This document shows positions 50,205 to 62,770 of a DNA stretch of 64,000 nt, in pieces. The notes beneath the pieces were generated by a model. It ran no database searches and was not told where the DNA came from. It saw nothing but the letters and a program-made list of their open reading frames with translations. Both the position numbers and the translations under genes were made by a program. The first letter of the stretch is position 1. Each line of letters begins with the position of its first letter. The DNA is from Mobula hypostoma (lineage: Eukaryota): contig NC_086109.1 of assembly GCF_963921235.1 (NCBI RefSeq), forward strand, positions 2,666,001 through 2,730,000, given 5' to 3'.

Positions 50205-50777
50205 TGTAACACCCTGGGAAAGGGTTCACTGCTAACGTAATGGTCTTTCTGTAGAAGCAGTGTTTGGGTGATGGTCAGAGATAACGGGTGTTTTGGAATG
50301 AGAGACGTCTAATGAAGGGAGTGAGTTTTCGTGTTGTGTGCCTGACACCGGTGTGAGCTGGGTCTTTGGTTTGGTGGGAGATGAAGGGAGAAGACGCCGG
50401 AGAGAAGGGGTCATAGGACTCAATCCGCAGCGGGGCCATGATTCAACGAAGCCCGGGGAGATCGAAGGAAGATCGGCAAAGGGGAAACCGTGAGCTCCAA
50501 CTTGTGCACATTATGCTGTTTCAATAAAATAGGCCCTTGCTTTTTGCTTTTTCTTTACGAACCCTTTAGTCAATTATGAATTATAAAGCTAAATCATTTA
50601 ATTGTATGCAGTGTACTGTCTGTTATTTTGTGGGACTTATTTGTAACCAGGTAACAGATCACACAGCATCGACTCAAACGGGGTTTTGGGGTTGGCGAGC
50701 ACCTCAATCTAACACGTTTGGCGGGGCTGGAGATTGTCTTCCCTAGACGTACGTAGCGACGGAACCAAAGTGTTTCA
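50205..50777 (+). mobile_element. Solo LTR (573 bp)
   Basis: TGTAAC...GTTTCA termini; CTTG TSD at 50201-50204 and 50778-50781; AATAAA at ~50523. Confidence 0.88.
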
Positions 50778-51270
50778 CTTGGGGCCTTCATCTTAAAAAG
50801 GATGTGCTGAGCACAGCACAGCATGAAGGCTGAGGAATAAACACCTTGCTGAGCTCAGACCTCAGTCTGGGGAATTAACAAGCAGTGTCCTGGGAAAAAG
50901 ACTGGATAACTGGGATCCCTGAACATGACAGACCAGGCCTTTGACTGGAGATACAATGTGTAACTGTGACCCACAAATACAGACTGTTCAGGCCATTCAC
51001 ACCAGGTCCATTCTCCCTGTGTGCTGAGCTCCCTCTGTCTCAGATACATGAGATTCCCCAGTGTTGGTTCGATCCCTTCCGGCTCCTGTCTCAGTCTCGG
51101 TGGATGTGATGGGTGTATCCTCCAAACTCACACTGACTCAGCCTCACTACACTGGGACTGTGAGCCCAGCTCTGGACACGGGTAGTCAGTGGGGTGCAGT
51201 AAACAGGGAAACACACAGGATCTGCCCTCACCCATCCATTAGGGGTGTTTCAGGGACCGGTCTTACTCAC

Positions 51271-51591
51271 CGTACACCTCCAGTCGCACTGTTGTTCTTT
51301 TTTCAGCTCCTGATCCTGCTGCAGTAAAAATAAGCTCATAATCACCAGAGTCCTCTCTCCGTAGATCATGGATTTCCAGACTAACGTTCCCAGGATGAAA
51401 AGTTATCCTGTTCTTGTACTGCTCATTACTGAAGTAGCTGATGTTCCCATTCGAGTACTTCACATTCTTGATTCTGGGTGATACCCGAATCCAATGAACC
51501 TCAAAGTCTGGACTGACTGGGATCCCAGAAGGTAAGGAGACTGAGTGTCCCTGAGTTCCGGTCACAGTGGTAGGGGGAGCCCCAGTCCCAG
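51271..51591 (-). CDS. Ig V-set exon 2, cysteine-free paralog of exon 14937-15257
   Basis: Acceptor tcttgtctcctcag at 51592; donor G|GTGAGT at 51270; 321 bp, phase 1/1, open; 'EVHWIRVSPRI', 'SLEIHDLRREDSGDYE', 'TVRLEVY'; sequons NIS and NVS. Confidence 0.9.
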
Positions 51592-53370
51592 CTGAGGAGA
51601 CAAGACAAGACAGTCCGTAGGTGAGGTCAGTGATAGGAAGAGGAATCAGACCTGGGAAAATCAAAGACACAGGAGGAAGCCAAGCGGCCCAGCATGGTGT
51701 TCCCAGCCCCATGAGAAAGACAGCACAAAGTTAGTGTTGTTTCATGCCGAGACCCTTCATCAAGACTCCAGACTGTCTGTACCCGGCCCTCAGAAATGAA
51801 GTTGCAGCCTGCAGCCTGATATCAATGGTCAGGTGGGGGGAGGAGGTGGTCACAGATATTTTCTAGTGTCACGAACCCTGTGATGGGAATAAAGAACCAA
51901 CAGAGATGGAAAACACTTTGGCATCCAGTATTGCTATAAACTAATAATATTTATTAGTAACTATGCAATACAGTGATATAAATGTAAATAAATCAATCAG
52001 GTTAGTAATGATTATATATATATATATATAAGTAAGTACAGTATCAGTAAGTGTGGAAATATATGTATGATAAACCAAGCTTCTTTAGGTCTAGGGGTAA
52101 GAAGATACAGTCTTATGATGATGAGTAAAATTCAGTTCAGTTCAGTTCGTGGTATTCAGTTGAGTAGTGATGGAGAGAGAGAGAGAGGGAGAGATTTGAA
52201 TCTTCAGGTGAGCTGACGCCATCGATCTTCTCGTTGTCCTTCGAAATCCTTTAAAGGTCACCGACTGTGACTTTAACAAAGGAGACCAGTTTTCTGTGGT
52301 GGAGCTATCACCCAGGCCAGGGTGGACACATGGACAACTCCCCAACAGTCAACCCCTTTCCTCTTTTCACTGCAAGAGCGATGGATCGATCCGCCCGATC
52401 GATCCTCCAACACCCACTTTTTCTGCGGGCACAACAATGCTCATTCGGTGTCCAAACATGTGTCTGAGGTCTGTATCATCTGACCTCCTATTTTATCTTC
52501 TCGTGCTGAGCATAAACTGTCACTCAGATAACTCCTCCTTCCTCTCTCTGTGAAGAAATGCAAGCAGGCAAAAAGTCCTTGAAGAAGTATCAACAACCTG
52601 CTAAAAATCATAACATCGAGTGTCCATTAAATAACACCCCCTTCAGTCACCATTGCAACTTACGAGCTGCTTGCTGCTGTGTCCAACTCCAGCAGAAATC
52701 CAACAGTCAACCAGTTCTTTCTCGTTCCTTAAAGTGGCAGTCCCACAGTGAGTTTTCGTCTCTCTCTTTTACAAACAAGCTTTCGGTGGTAAATAACTCT
52801 CTCTCTCTCTTTTCAAAAGCACAGTTCACAGGGGTACTTCAGGGTCCCCTCACGCTCCCCTTCCTCAGGAGAAAAGCAATTGATGAAGACTATTTTTTTT
52901 GTCCAAATGTAAATTACAGAGTTTGAAACAATACAGGTAAAATCATCAAATAACTGAGCAAAAATGTGTTCAAATTCCAACTTAATATCTGGATAACTAA
53001 TCAGCTATAATATTGTCAGTAACTTTCACATGTTTGATTTTTAAGTCACATTCCTGCAATATCAGACTCCAATTTAAAAATCTCCTATTCGTATCCTTCA
53101 TCTTAGTTAGAAACATCAACGGATTATAACCCGTGTAAACCACAAGTGGTCTCTGGGCAACAGAAAGATTTTGAGGTCTCTGGTCATAGGCCTCAAAATG
53201 TTGTAAAGCCAGAATAAGTGCTAGTAATTCCTTCTCAACAGTTGAATATTTTTTTCTGGTGTACATTAAATTTTTTTCAGAAATAAGCTACTGGATGTTC
53301 AATGTCATTCACTCCTTCCTGTAACAGTACCGCCCCAGCAGCTTCGTCACTAACTCCTGTTGTTATAGAA

Positions 53371-56300
53371 CATAGAACATAGAATAGTACAGCACAGTAC
53401 AGGCCCTTCGGCCTACAATGTTGCGCCGACCCTCAAACCTTGCTTCCCATATAAGCCCCCACCGTAGATTCCTCCATATACCTGTCCAGTAGTCTCTTAA
53501 ACTTCACTAGTGCATCTGCCCCCACCACTGACTCGGGCAGTGCATTCCACGCACCAACCACTCTCTGAGCAAAAAACCTTCCTCTAATATCCCCCTTGAA
53601 CTTCCCACCCCTTACCTTAAAGCCATGTCCTCTTGTATTGAGCAGTGGTGCCCTGGGGAAGAGGCGCTGGCTATCCACTCTATCTATTCCTCTTATTATC
53701 TTGTACACCTCTATCATGTCTCCTTTCATCCCCGTTCTCTCCAAAGAGTAAAGCCCTAGCTCCCTTAATCTCTGATCATAATGCATACTTTCTAAACCAG
53801 GCAGCATCCTGGTAAATCTCCTCTGTACCTTTCCAAGGCTTCCACATCCTTTCTATAGTGAGGTGACCAGAACTGGACAAAGTAGTCCAAGTGTGGTCTA
53901 ACCAGAGTTTTATAGAGCTGCATCATTACATTGCGACTCTTAAACTCTATCTTCGACTTATGAAAGCTAACACCCCATAAGCTTTCTTAACTACCCTATC
54001 CACCTGTGAGGCAACTTACAGGGATCTGTGGATATGTACCCTCAGATCCCTCTGCTTCTCCACACTACCAAGTATCCTACCATTTACTTTGTACTCTGCC
54101 TTGGAGTTTGTCCTTCCAAAGTGTACCACCTCACACTTCTCTGGGTTGAACTCCATCTGTCACTTCTCAGCCCACTTCTGCATCCTATCAATGTCTCTCT
54201 GCAATCGTTGACAATCCTCTACATTATCTACAACACCACCAACCTTTGTGTCATCTGCAAACTTGCCAACCCACCCTTCTACCCCCACATCCTGGTCGTT
54301 AATAAAAATCACGAAAAGTAGAGGTCCCAGAACAGATCCTTGTGGGATACTACTAGTCACAATCATCCAATCTGAATGTACTCCCTCCACCACCACCCTC
54401 TGCCTTCTGCAGGCAAGCCAATTCTGAATCCACCTGGCCAAACTTCCCTGGATCCCATGCCTTCTAACTTTCTGAATAAGCCTACCATGTGGAACCTTGT
54501 CAAATGCCTTACTAAAATCGATATAAATCACATCCACTGCACTACCCTCATCTATATGCCTGGTCACCTCCTCAAAGAACTCTATCAGGCTTGTTAGACA
54601 CAATCTGCCCTTCACAAAGCCATGCTGACTGTCCCTGATCAGACCATGATTCTCTAAATGCCTATAGATCCTATCTCTAAGAGTCTTTTCCAACAGCTTT
54701 CCCACCACAGACATAAGGCTCACTGGTCTATAATTACCCGGACTATCCCTACTACCTTTTTTGAACAAGGGAACAACATTCGCCTCCCTCCAATTCTCCG
54801 GTACCATTCCTGTGGACAACGAGGACATAAAGATCCCAGCCAGAGGCTCAGCAATCTCTTCTCCCGCCTCGTGGAGCAGCCTGGGGAATATTCCGTCAGG
54901 CCCCGGGGACTTATCTGTCCTAATAAACAACTCCAAAACCTCCTCTCCCTTAATATCAACATGCTCCAGAACATCAACCTCACTCATATTGTCCTCACCA
55001 TCGTCAATTTCCCTCTCATTGGTGAATACCGAAGAGAAGTATTCATTGAGGACCTCGCTCACTTCCACAGCCTCCAGGCACATCTTCCCACCTTTATCTC
55101 TAATCGGTCCTACCTTCACTCCTATCATCCTTTTTTTCTTCACATAATTGAAAAATGCCTTGGGGTTTTCCTTTACCCTACTCGCCAAGGCCTTCTCATG
55201 CCCCCTTCTTGCTCTTCTCAGGCCCTTCTTAAGCTCCTTTCTTGCTTCCCCATATTCCTCAATAGACCCATCTGATCCTTGCTTCCTAAACCTCATGTAT
55301 GCTGCCTTCTTCCACCTGACTAGATTTTCCACCTCACTTGTCACCCATGGTTCCTTCACCCTACCATTCTTTATCTTCCTCACCGGGACAAATTTACCCC
55401 TAACATCCCGCAAGAGATCTCTAAACATCGACCACATGTCCATAGTACATTTCCCTGCAAAAACATCATCCCAATTGATACCTGCAAGTTCTCGTCTTAT
55501 AACCTCATAATTTGCCCTTCCCTAATTAAAAATTTTCCTGTCTTCTCTGATTCTATCCTTTTCCATGATAATGCTAAAGGCTAGGGAGCGGTGGTCACTG
55601 TCCCCCAGATGCTCACCCACTGAGAGATCTGTGACTTGATCCGGTTCATTACCGAGTACTAGATCTAGTATGGCATTCCCCCTGGTCGGCCTGTCTACAT
55701 ACTGTGACAGGAATCCATCTTGGACACAATTAACAAACTCTGCCCCATCTAAACCCTTGGAACTAATCAGGTGCCAATCAATATTAGGGAAGTTAAAGTC
55801 ACCCATGGTAACAACCCTGTTATTTTTGCACCTTTCAAAAATTTGCCTCCCAATCTGCTCCTCTGTATCTCTGTTGCTACCAGGGGGCCTATAGAATACC
55901 CCCAATAGAGTAACTGCTCCCTTCCTGTTCCTGACTTCCACCCATATTGACTCAAAAGAGGATCCTGCTACATTACCAACTCTTTGTGCAGCTGTAATAG
56001 TATCCCTGACCAGTAATGCCACCCCTCCTTCCCTTTCCCCCCACCTCTATCCCTTTAAATCACTGAAATCCAGGAATATTGAGAATCCATTCCTGAACTG
56101 GTGCCGGCCAAGTCTCTGTCATGGCCACTACATCATAATTCCATGTATGTATCCAAGCTCTCAGTTCATCACCTTTGTTCCTGATGCTTCTTGCATTGAG
56201 GTACACACATTTCAGCCCTTCTACCTTACTGTCTTTACACTGTTTATTCTGCTTCTCTTTCCTCAAAGCCTCTCTGTATGTTAGATCTGGCTTTACTCCA

Positions 56301-57753
56301 TGCACTTCTTTCATTGCTCTATCGTTCTGGGTCCCATCCCCCTTGCAAATTAGTTTAAACCCTCCCGAACCATGCTAGCAAACCTACCTGCAAGGATATT
56401 GCTCCCCCTCGAGTTCAGGTGCAACCCATCCAATCTGTACAGGTCCCACCTTCCCCAGAAGAGATCCCAATGATCTAAAAATCTAAAACCCTGCTCCCTG
56501 CACCAACTCCTCAGCCATGCATTCAACTGCCATCTCCTCCAATTCTTACCATCTCTGTCACGTAGCACTGGCAGCAATCCTGAGAACGTCACCCTTGAGG
56601 TCCTGTTCTTCAGCCTTCTGCCTAATTCCCGAAACTCACACTTCAGGACCTCATCCCTCTTCCTGCCTATGTCATTGGTCCCAACATGTATCATGACTTC
56701 TGGTTGCTTTCCCTCTCGTACCAGGATGTCGTGCACCCGGTCAGAGACATCCCGGACCCTGACACCCGGGAGGCAACAAACCATGCGGGTGTCCTTCTCA
56801 CGTCCACAAAATCTCCTGTCTGCTCCCCTGACTATAGAGTCTCCAATGACAACAGCTCTCCTCTTCTCCGTCCCACCCTTCTGCACCACTGGGTCAGACT
56901 CAGTGTAGGAGGCCCTGCCACCGTGGCTCACACCTGGTCGGTCGTCCCCGCCAATAGTATACAGGATGGTAAACTTATTATTCAAAGGAATGGCTACAGT
57001 GGTGCTCTGCACTACCTGTCTGCTCACCTTCGCTTTCCCCCCTCTGACTGTCACCCAACAACCTGCTTCTGACAGCCTAGGTGTGACTACCTCCCTGTAG
57101 CTCTCATCTATGACTGCCTCATTCTCCCTTATGAGTCGAAGGTCATCCAGCTGCTGCTCCAGATTCCTTACATGGTCTTCCAGATCGCCCAGCCGTATGC
57201 ACTTCTGGCAGATGTGACTCTGCGGGAGAGGAAAGTTCCCCCAAGACTGCCACATCTCACATGAGAAGCACATCACCGTCTCAGGAGACATTGCAAAAAC
57301 TAACTGCGAGCTAGCTTGTCCTCCGCCTCTTCTCGTTGAAGCCTCTCGAGTCAAAGCCTCAAAGCTCCACTCCTTCACGGGCCCACTCACTCACTGGCCG
57401 CTTCGCTTGAGCTATCCCTCTATTCATCTGTTTGAGCTTTTCAAACTGTTTCATCACCTGACCTCGATTGCCCAATCAGCTGCTTTCTGCTGAGTCTGAG
57501 CTATTCAAATCTTGATTGTCTAATCAACGGCTTTCTGCTGATCTGTTCAAATCCTGATTGACTTGATTGCACAGACCAACTGCCAAAACTGCCAGACTCT
57601 CTCGAGTCAAAGCCTCAAAGCTCCACTCCTTCACTGGCCCACTCACGCTCTGGCCACTTTCCACTGGCCGCTTCACTTGAGCTATCCCTCTATTTATCTG
57701 TTTGAGCTTTTCAAAATGTTTCATTACCTGACCTCGACTGCCCAATCAGCTGC
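53371..57753 (-). mobile_element. Full-length CR1 (5'UTR, ORF1, disrupted ORF2, tail) nested in Gypsy pol
   Basis: (CATAGAA)n tail at 53371; TATAGAA at 53364-53370 and 57754-57760; ORF2 pieces 56060..56314, 55522..56022, 54160..55443, 53433..53807. Confidence 0.95.
56350..57390 (-). CDS. CR1 ORF1: Cys-rich N-terminus, coiled coil, SGNH/GDSL esterase domain (open)
   Basis: CFSCEMW...HICQKC; 'LEDHVRNLEQQLDDL'; VIGDSIVRG, HVGTND, DGLHL motifs; the true start may be the internal MSPETV. Confidence 0.88.
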   Translation of the reverse strand: MSGPVKEWSFEALTREASTRRGGGQASSQLVFAMSPETVMCFSCEMWQSWGNFPLPQSHICQKCIRLGDLEDHVRNLEQQLDDLRLIRENEAVIDESYREVVTPRLSEAGCWVTVRGGKAKVSRQVVQSTTVAIPLNNKFTILYTIGGDDRPGVSHGGRASYTESDPVVQKGGTEKRRAVVIGDSIVRGADRRFCGREKDTRMVCCLPGVRVRDVSDRVHDILVREGKQPEVMIHVGTNDIGRKRDEVLKCEFRELGRRLKNRTSRVTFSGLLPVLRDRDGKNWRRWQLNAWLRSWCREQGFRFLDHWDLFWGRWDLYRLDGLHLNSRGSNILAGRFASMVREGLN

Positions 57754-60203
57754 TATAGAAAATGGCTTTGAAAAAATCAGGTGCTTTGAGCACAGGATGA
57801 TAACACAGGATGTTTTCCAGATGTTCAAATGCTTCCTGGCAAAGGTCATTCCATACAAATTTTTCACTCTTCCCTCGGAGTTTTGTTAGGGAGAGAGCAA
57901 TGTCAGCAAAGTTCTTACAACACTTACAGTAATACCCAACCATTCCCAAAGTCCTTCTCAAAGCTTTCTTGCTAGTCAGAACAGGAACTTCAGCAATCGC
58001 TTGAACATTGGCCTGTACAGAAGCCAGTTGGCCTTGGCCCACCACATAACCCAGATATGTAACTGTGTCATAGACAAACTCACTTTTAGCGAGGTTCACA
58101 GTAAGACTGGCCTTGGAAAGCCTGTCAAACAGTTTTTCTACCATTGCAATATGCTCTTCCCACGTGTCATTCTATACAACCAGATCATCAATATAAGCCC
58201 CTGTGTTTTCTAAACCTCTAATCGCAGAATTGATCATTCTTTGAAATATCCCTGCTGCATTTTTCATCTCGAAGTGTTAGACATTGTACTCATACAGTCT
58301 AGACGGTGTCACAAATACTGATATCTCTTTAGCCCTCTCTGTTAAAGGAACACCCCAGCATCCTTTTAACAGGTCTATCTTAATAAGGTATTTAGCCTTC
58401 CTCACTCTATCAATACAATCATCCATTCTCTTTCCTTGTTCTTTCTTGTTTCTAATTCCTTTTTCAACCAAGTCAGACACATCAGACTTTAACTGAGCTT
58501 TAACATAAGGTTCAGAATCCTGTGAACTCACAGGGACTTCCACAACCTGAACACATGCAATCGGAACAGCTGCCTCTTTTGGGCTGTCATCACTTGTCCC
58601 AGTTTCAAATTCAAGGTCACCCCGAACCTCACAGCTATTCTCTGGCAAACTCTTTTCTGGAGTAAACTCAACCTCGTGGGATAAAACAACTTCGTCTGCT
58701 TTCTTATCAAACCCCTGCAAGGTAGCGGCATCCTCTGCATCTGGGTACCCTTACCTCATCAGGAACACAACTTTTCAACTCATCACACAAAACAAACCCT
58801 TCCGAGCTGTAAAAATCATCAGGGTCCGACAATAAACCCCTTTGCTGCCACCTCTCCCTTTTAAACTGTCTCTGTCTTCCTGCCACGTGATCTTCATATT
58901 GGCATTTCTCCCTTTCGAGCTGTCTCTGTCTTTCTGCCTCTTCTCTCTGTCTTGCTGCCTCTCTAGCTTCTTTCTTGAATTGTTTTAATTTCAATTCATG
59001 CTCCATTCTTAATTTTTCCAACTGAAGCTGAAACTCATCCTCAGCAGATTCACCTTCCACGAACAACTCTAACGCCTCCTCATCAAACGTTCCCTTATCT
59101 ATAAAATGCTGGGCTATTATCGTCTGCACCTGGGCTCTCCTCATTATAGTGTCACCTCTAGTCTAACTTTTGATCAATTCCCAACAGCACAACCCTCGTA
59201 GCATCATCCAACGCTTCTGGGGTTTGTTCCAACATAAACTCCACAACACTAATGTCTATTTCTGCTGTATTTCTACACAACCAAATCAAGAGGGATTTTC
59301 CCCCAACCAATTCAAACCAGCCTCTCGACCAATTTGTTCATATCCCCGAATTTATGTCACGAACCCCGTGACAGGAATAAAGAACCAGCAGAGATGGAAA
59401 GCACTTTGGAGTCAAGTATTGCTATAAGCTAATAATATTTATTAGTAACTATGCAATACAGTAATATGAATGTAAATAGATCAAACAGATTAGCAATGAT
59501 TACTTATATAAGTAAGTATCAGTAAGTGTGGAAATATATGTATGAAAAACCAAGCTTCTTTAAGTCTCGCGGTAAAAAAATACAGTCTTACGATGATGAG
59601 TAAAGTCAGTTCAGTTCATGGTATTGAGTTGAGTTGTGATGGAGAGAGAGAGAGAGGGAGAGATTTGAATCTTCAGCTGAGCTGACGCCGTCGATCTTAT
59701 CGTTGTCCTTCGAAATCCTTTGAAAGTCACTGACTGTGACTTTAACAAAGGGGACTGGTTTTCTGTGGTGGAGCTATCCCCCAGGTCAGGGTGGACACAT
59801 GGACAACTCCCCACCAGTCAACCCCTTTCCTCTTTTCACTGCAAGAGCGATGGATCGATCCGCCTGATCGATCCTCCAACACCCACTTTTTCTGCGGGCA
59901 CAACAATGTTCATTCAGTGTCCAAACATGTGTCTGAGGTCTGTATCATCTGATCTCCTATTTTATCTTCCTGTGCTGCGCATCAACTGTCACTCAAATAA
60001 CTCCTCCTTCCTCACTCTGTGAAGAAATGCAAGCAGGCAAAAAGTCCTTGAAGTATCAACAACCTGCCAAAAATCATAACATTGAGTGTCCATTAAATAA
60101 CACCGCCTTCGGTCACCATAGAAACTTACGAGCTGCTCCGTGCTGTGTCCAACTCCAGCAGAAATCCAACAGTTAACCAGTTCTTTCTCGTTCCTTAAAG
60201 TGA

Positions 60204-60406
60204 NNNNNNNNNNNNNNNNNNNNNNNNNNNNNNNNNNNNNNNNNNNNNNNNNNNNNNNNNNNNNNNNNNNNNNNNNNNNNNNNNNNNNNNNNNNNNNNNN
60301 NNNNNNNNNNNNNNNNNNNNNNNNNNNNNNNNNNNNNNNNNNNNNNNNNNNNNNNNNNNNNNNNNNNNNNNNNNNNNNNNNNNNNNNNNNNNNNNNNNNN
60401 NNNNNG
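60204..60406. other. Assembly gap (203 N) inside the Gypsy 5' LTR
   Basis: N run. Confidence 1.
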
Positions 60407-60469
60407 GTAAATAACTTTCTCTCCCTCTTTTCAAAAGCACAGTTCATAGGGGTACTTCACACTAGGAAG

Positions 60470-61870
60470 TTTGGGGTGAGATACTGGGATAACCTCACTG
60501 TGTGTGTGCAGGGGTCAGGAAGTCGACTGATCGGACTCAGGGTGACCACCATTCAGCTGGAATTGTCCCTGTATCTGGGTCCCCAAGCTCTCCTCCGGAA
60601 CTGGTTCAGCACAACTTGAGCCGTCTCTGGGAAATGTCCCACAGGATGCACCTCCCGTCCCCAGGGGGTTCCTTGCACCGGCTGCTCCTGTGCACTCTGC
60701 ACTGTCCACCCCTCACCTATTGCCTGGACGTCCAGAGTCAGGTGGTGAGGGTGGAGTCCCAGTTAGAGTCTGTCTGTGAGGACTCTGCCACTCCTCATAT
60801 GACCTTGGAGCAAAGAGGGTGAACAGTCCAATGCTACAGTTTCTGTTCTCCAAGAGGGTCAGAATTCCCTCCCTGTTTAGATGGATAGAGGGCAGCCTTT
60901 GCCCCACCAGGGGTGATTGGCTTCAGAAGGGTGTAAGAGAATCTAGCTGGATGTGGTAGTGGAGATGGTGTCTAGCCTGACCTACTGGACCAGGCTTCCT
61001 GTTCAATAGTTCACGTCTATACATTGTCGTCAATCTCCTTTTGTCCATGTTCTCCCTGTTCCAACTGCCCCCAATCAGCCATTGACCAGATAATCTTGTA
61101 GCCAGCTTATCCCCATGGCACCCTGTCAGAGACACCTCCACACCCGCTTTCCCTATAGATTTTACTTCTCCACAAATGTCTTAATCTTTGTATTATTACC
61201 CACCCACAAACACATCATAACGCGATTAATGGGATCAGGGAGGAGTGACTCAGAGTCTGGTGTGGCTTTCAGTTCCTGTGACACTGGCATTAGTACTGGA
61301 GAAGGAGAGCACAGTTCCACTGGGACAGACTGTGATCAGAATTCCACTGAATCCAATCACGAGGGAGGTAGACTGAGTTTAAATTCCATAAAACTGTGTT
61401 GGGAGGAGGACCCCAATGCTGGGAAATCTGGAAGGTTGAAGAGGAGCAACAAGGAAGGGGAGAGGGGTCTCGATAACCAGGAGGAGTACAAACTGAATTT
61501 GACTAAATCTAAACAAACTACTGAAGATCATATGTGTGAGTTCACTCTGCAGGAAAGTGATCATGATGCTTTTTTCATGGTGTCACAACAACATAGACCT
61601 CAGCATAATCAAGACAGAAGATCTAGTTGTTGACCCAAGGAAGTCTGTGTGTGTATACACAACCCTGTCCTGATCAAAACAGCTACTGTAGAGATGGTTG
61701 ACAGATTTGAAGCAGATATCCATATCAACAGCATAGTCTCCTGGTCTCTCCAACTCAGACAGTGACCAAGAAAGCACATCAACCCAAATTGAATAAAAGT
61801 GATCAATACAAAGAGAGATTAACAATCCTCGTGACCCCAAATGACACACCTGCAACACAAAGTGAAAACC
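60470..61870 (-). mobile_element. Heavily decayed Tx1-like LINE ORF2 fragment
   Basis: Remnants 'SCFDQDRVVYTHT' (cf. LDQEKAFDRISH), 'NMDKRRLTTMY', 'EVHPVGHFPETAQVV' in the order expected for Tx1 ORF2. Confidence 0.5.
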
Positions 61871-62062
61871 CACTTTGTTCAAAGACAAACAATTAGACAC
61901 GAAAAGTTCACAATTGAAGGAACACTACGTACCCATGAGGTGACACTGAGAAAATACGATCCACATACAAACTGATAAAATCCCTTTCTTCTTTAAAAAC
62001 AACCCATAGTTCTGACACATACACCTTACTCAAGTTTCCCATTGTGTGGTACATGTTCTTTC

Positions 62063-62108
<46 letters not shown>

Positions 62109-62369
62109 GCAAACACTCACACTCTCTGCTCTGTTGTTCCATTTTGTGATCCGGGTTCACAAACACTTTGCTGAGCTCGTGTCAACATGACGAGCAGGAG
62201 CAGGAAGCAGACGTGCTACCATTGAACCACACAATATATTCAACTGATCCTGACTAAAACACTTTCTTGTCATTTTCCTTGATCTCCTTAATATCTAGAA
62301 ATCGATCAATGAAAGAAGAATTTCCGGATCAACGGAGAATCCCAGTGATTTACCACAGTTAGCTGGCTG

Positions 62370-62770
62370 GCTTCGTAATGGCCTGGTATGGGAACACCAC
62401 GTATTTGAGTGGAAAATCCTACAAATTGTACTGAATTCGGTCCAGTACATCATGGATAAAACCTTGCCAGCCACTGAAAGCATCTACATGAAACATTGCC
62501 ATAATCAAAGATCCTCACCACCCAGGCCATGCTCTTTTCTCACTGCTGTCATCAGGTAGAAGGTACAAGAGCCTCAGGACCTACACCACCAGGTTCAAGA
62601 ACAGGTTATTTATTGATATTTATTTATATTTGCATTTGTGCTATTTGTTGTCTATTGATCCTGTTTACAGTTACTGTTCTATAGATTTGCTAAGTATGCC
62701 CGCAGAGAAAGAATCTCAGGGTTGTATGTGGTGACATATACGTACTCTGATAATAAAACTTATTTTGAAC
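62370..62770 (+). mobile_element. Rex1/Babar 3' fragment
   Basis: Homologous to ~18020-18260 and ~21770-21940 ('gcctggtatgggaacacc...aaagatcctcaccacccaggccatgctc...'). Confidence 0.8.

Larger units (their letters stand above)
51867..60461 (-). mobile_element. Gypsy LTR retrotransposon with both LTRs, internally deleted, interrupted by a CR1
   Basis: LTRs 51867-52854 and 59355-60461; CTAG TSD at 51863-51866 and 60462-60465; polypurine tract at 52855-52866; gag-like coiled coil 58707..59144; RT 58277..58430 and 57746..58144; RNase H 52997..53360. Confidence 0.92.

Noticed and set aside
51592-51712. Apparent signal peptide 'MGLGTPCWAAWLPP...' at the start of ORF 51263..51712
   Set aside because: It is intron read-through upstream of a canonical acceptor, and the paralog V1 has no equivalent.
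56350-57390. Intact SGNH esterase ORF as a possible host or domesticated gene
   Set aside because: It is ordinary CR1 ORF1 inside a TSD-flanked CR1 copy.
59310-59354. Primer-binding site of the Gypsy element
   Set aside because: The sequence after the 5' LTR is too degenerate to assign a tRNA.
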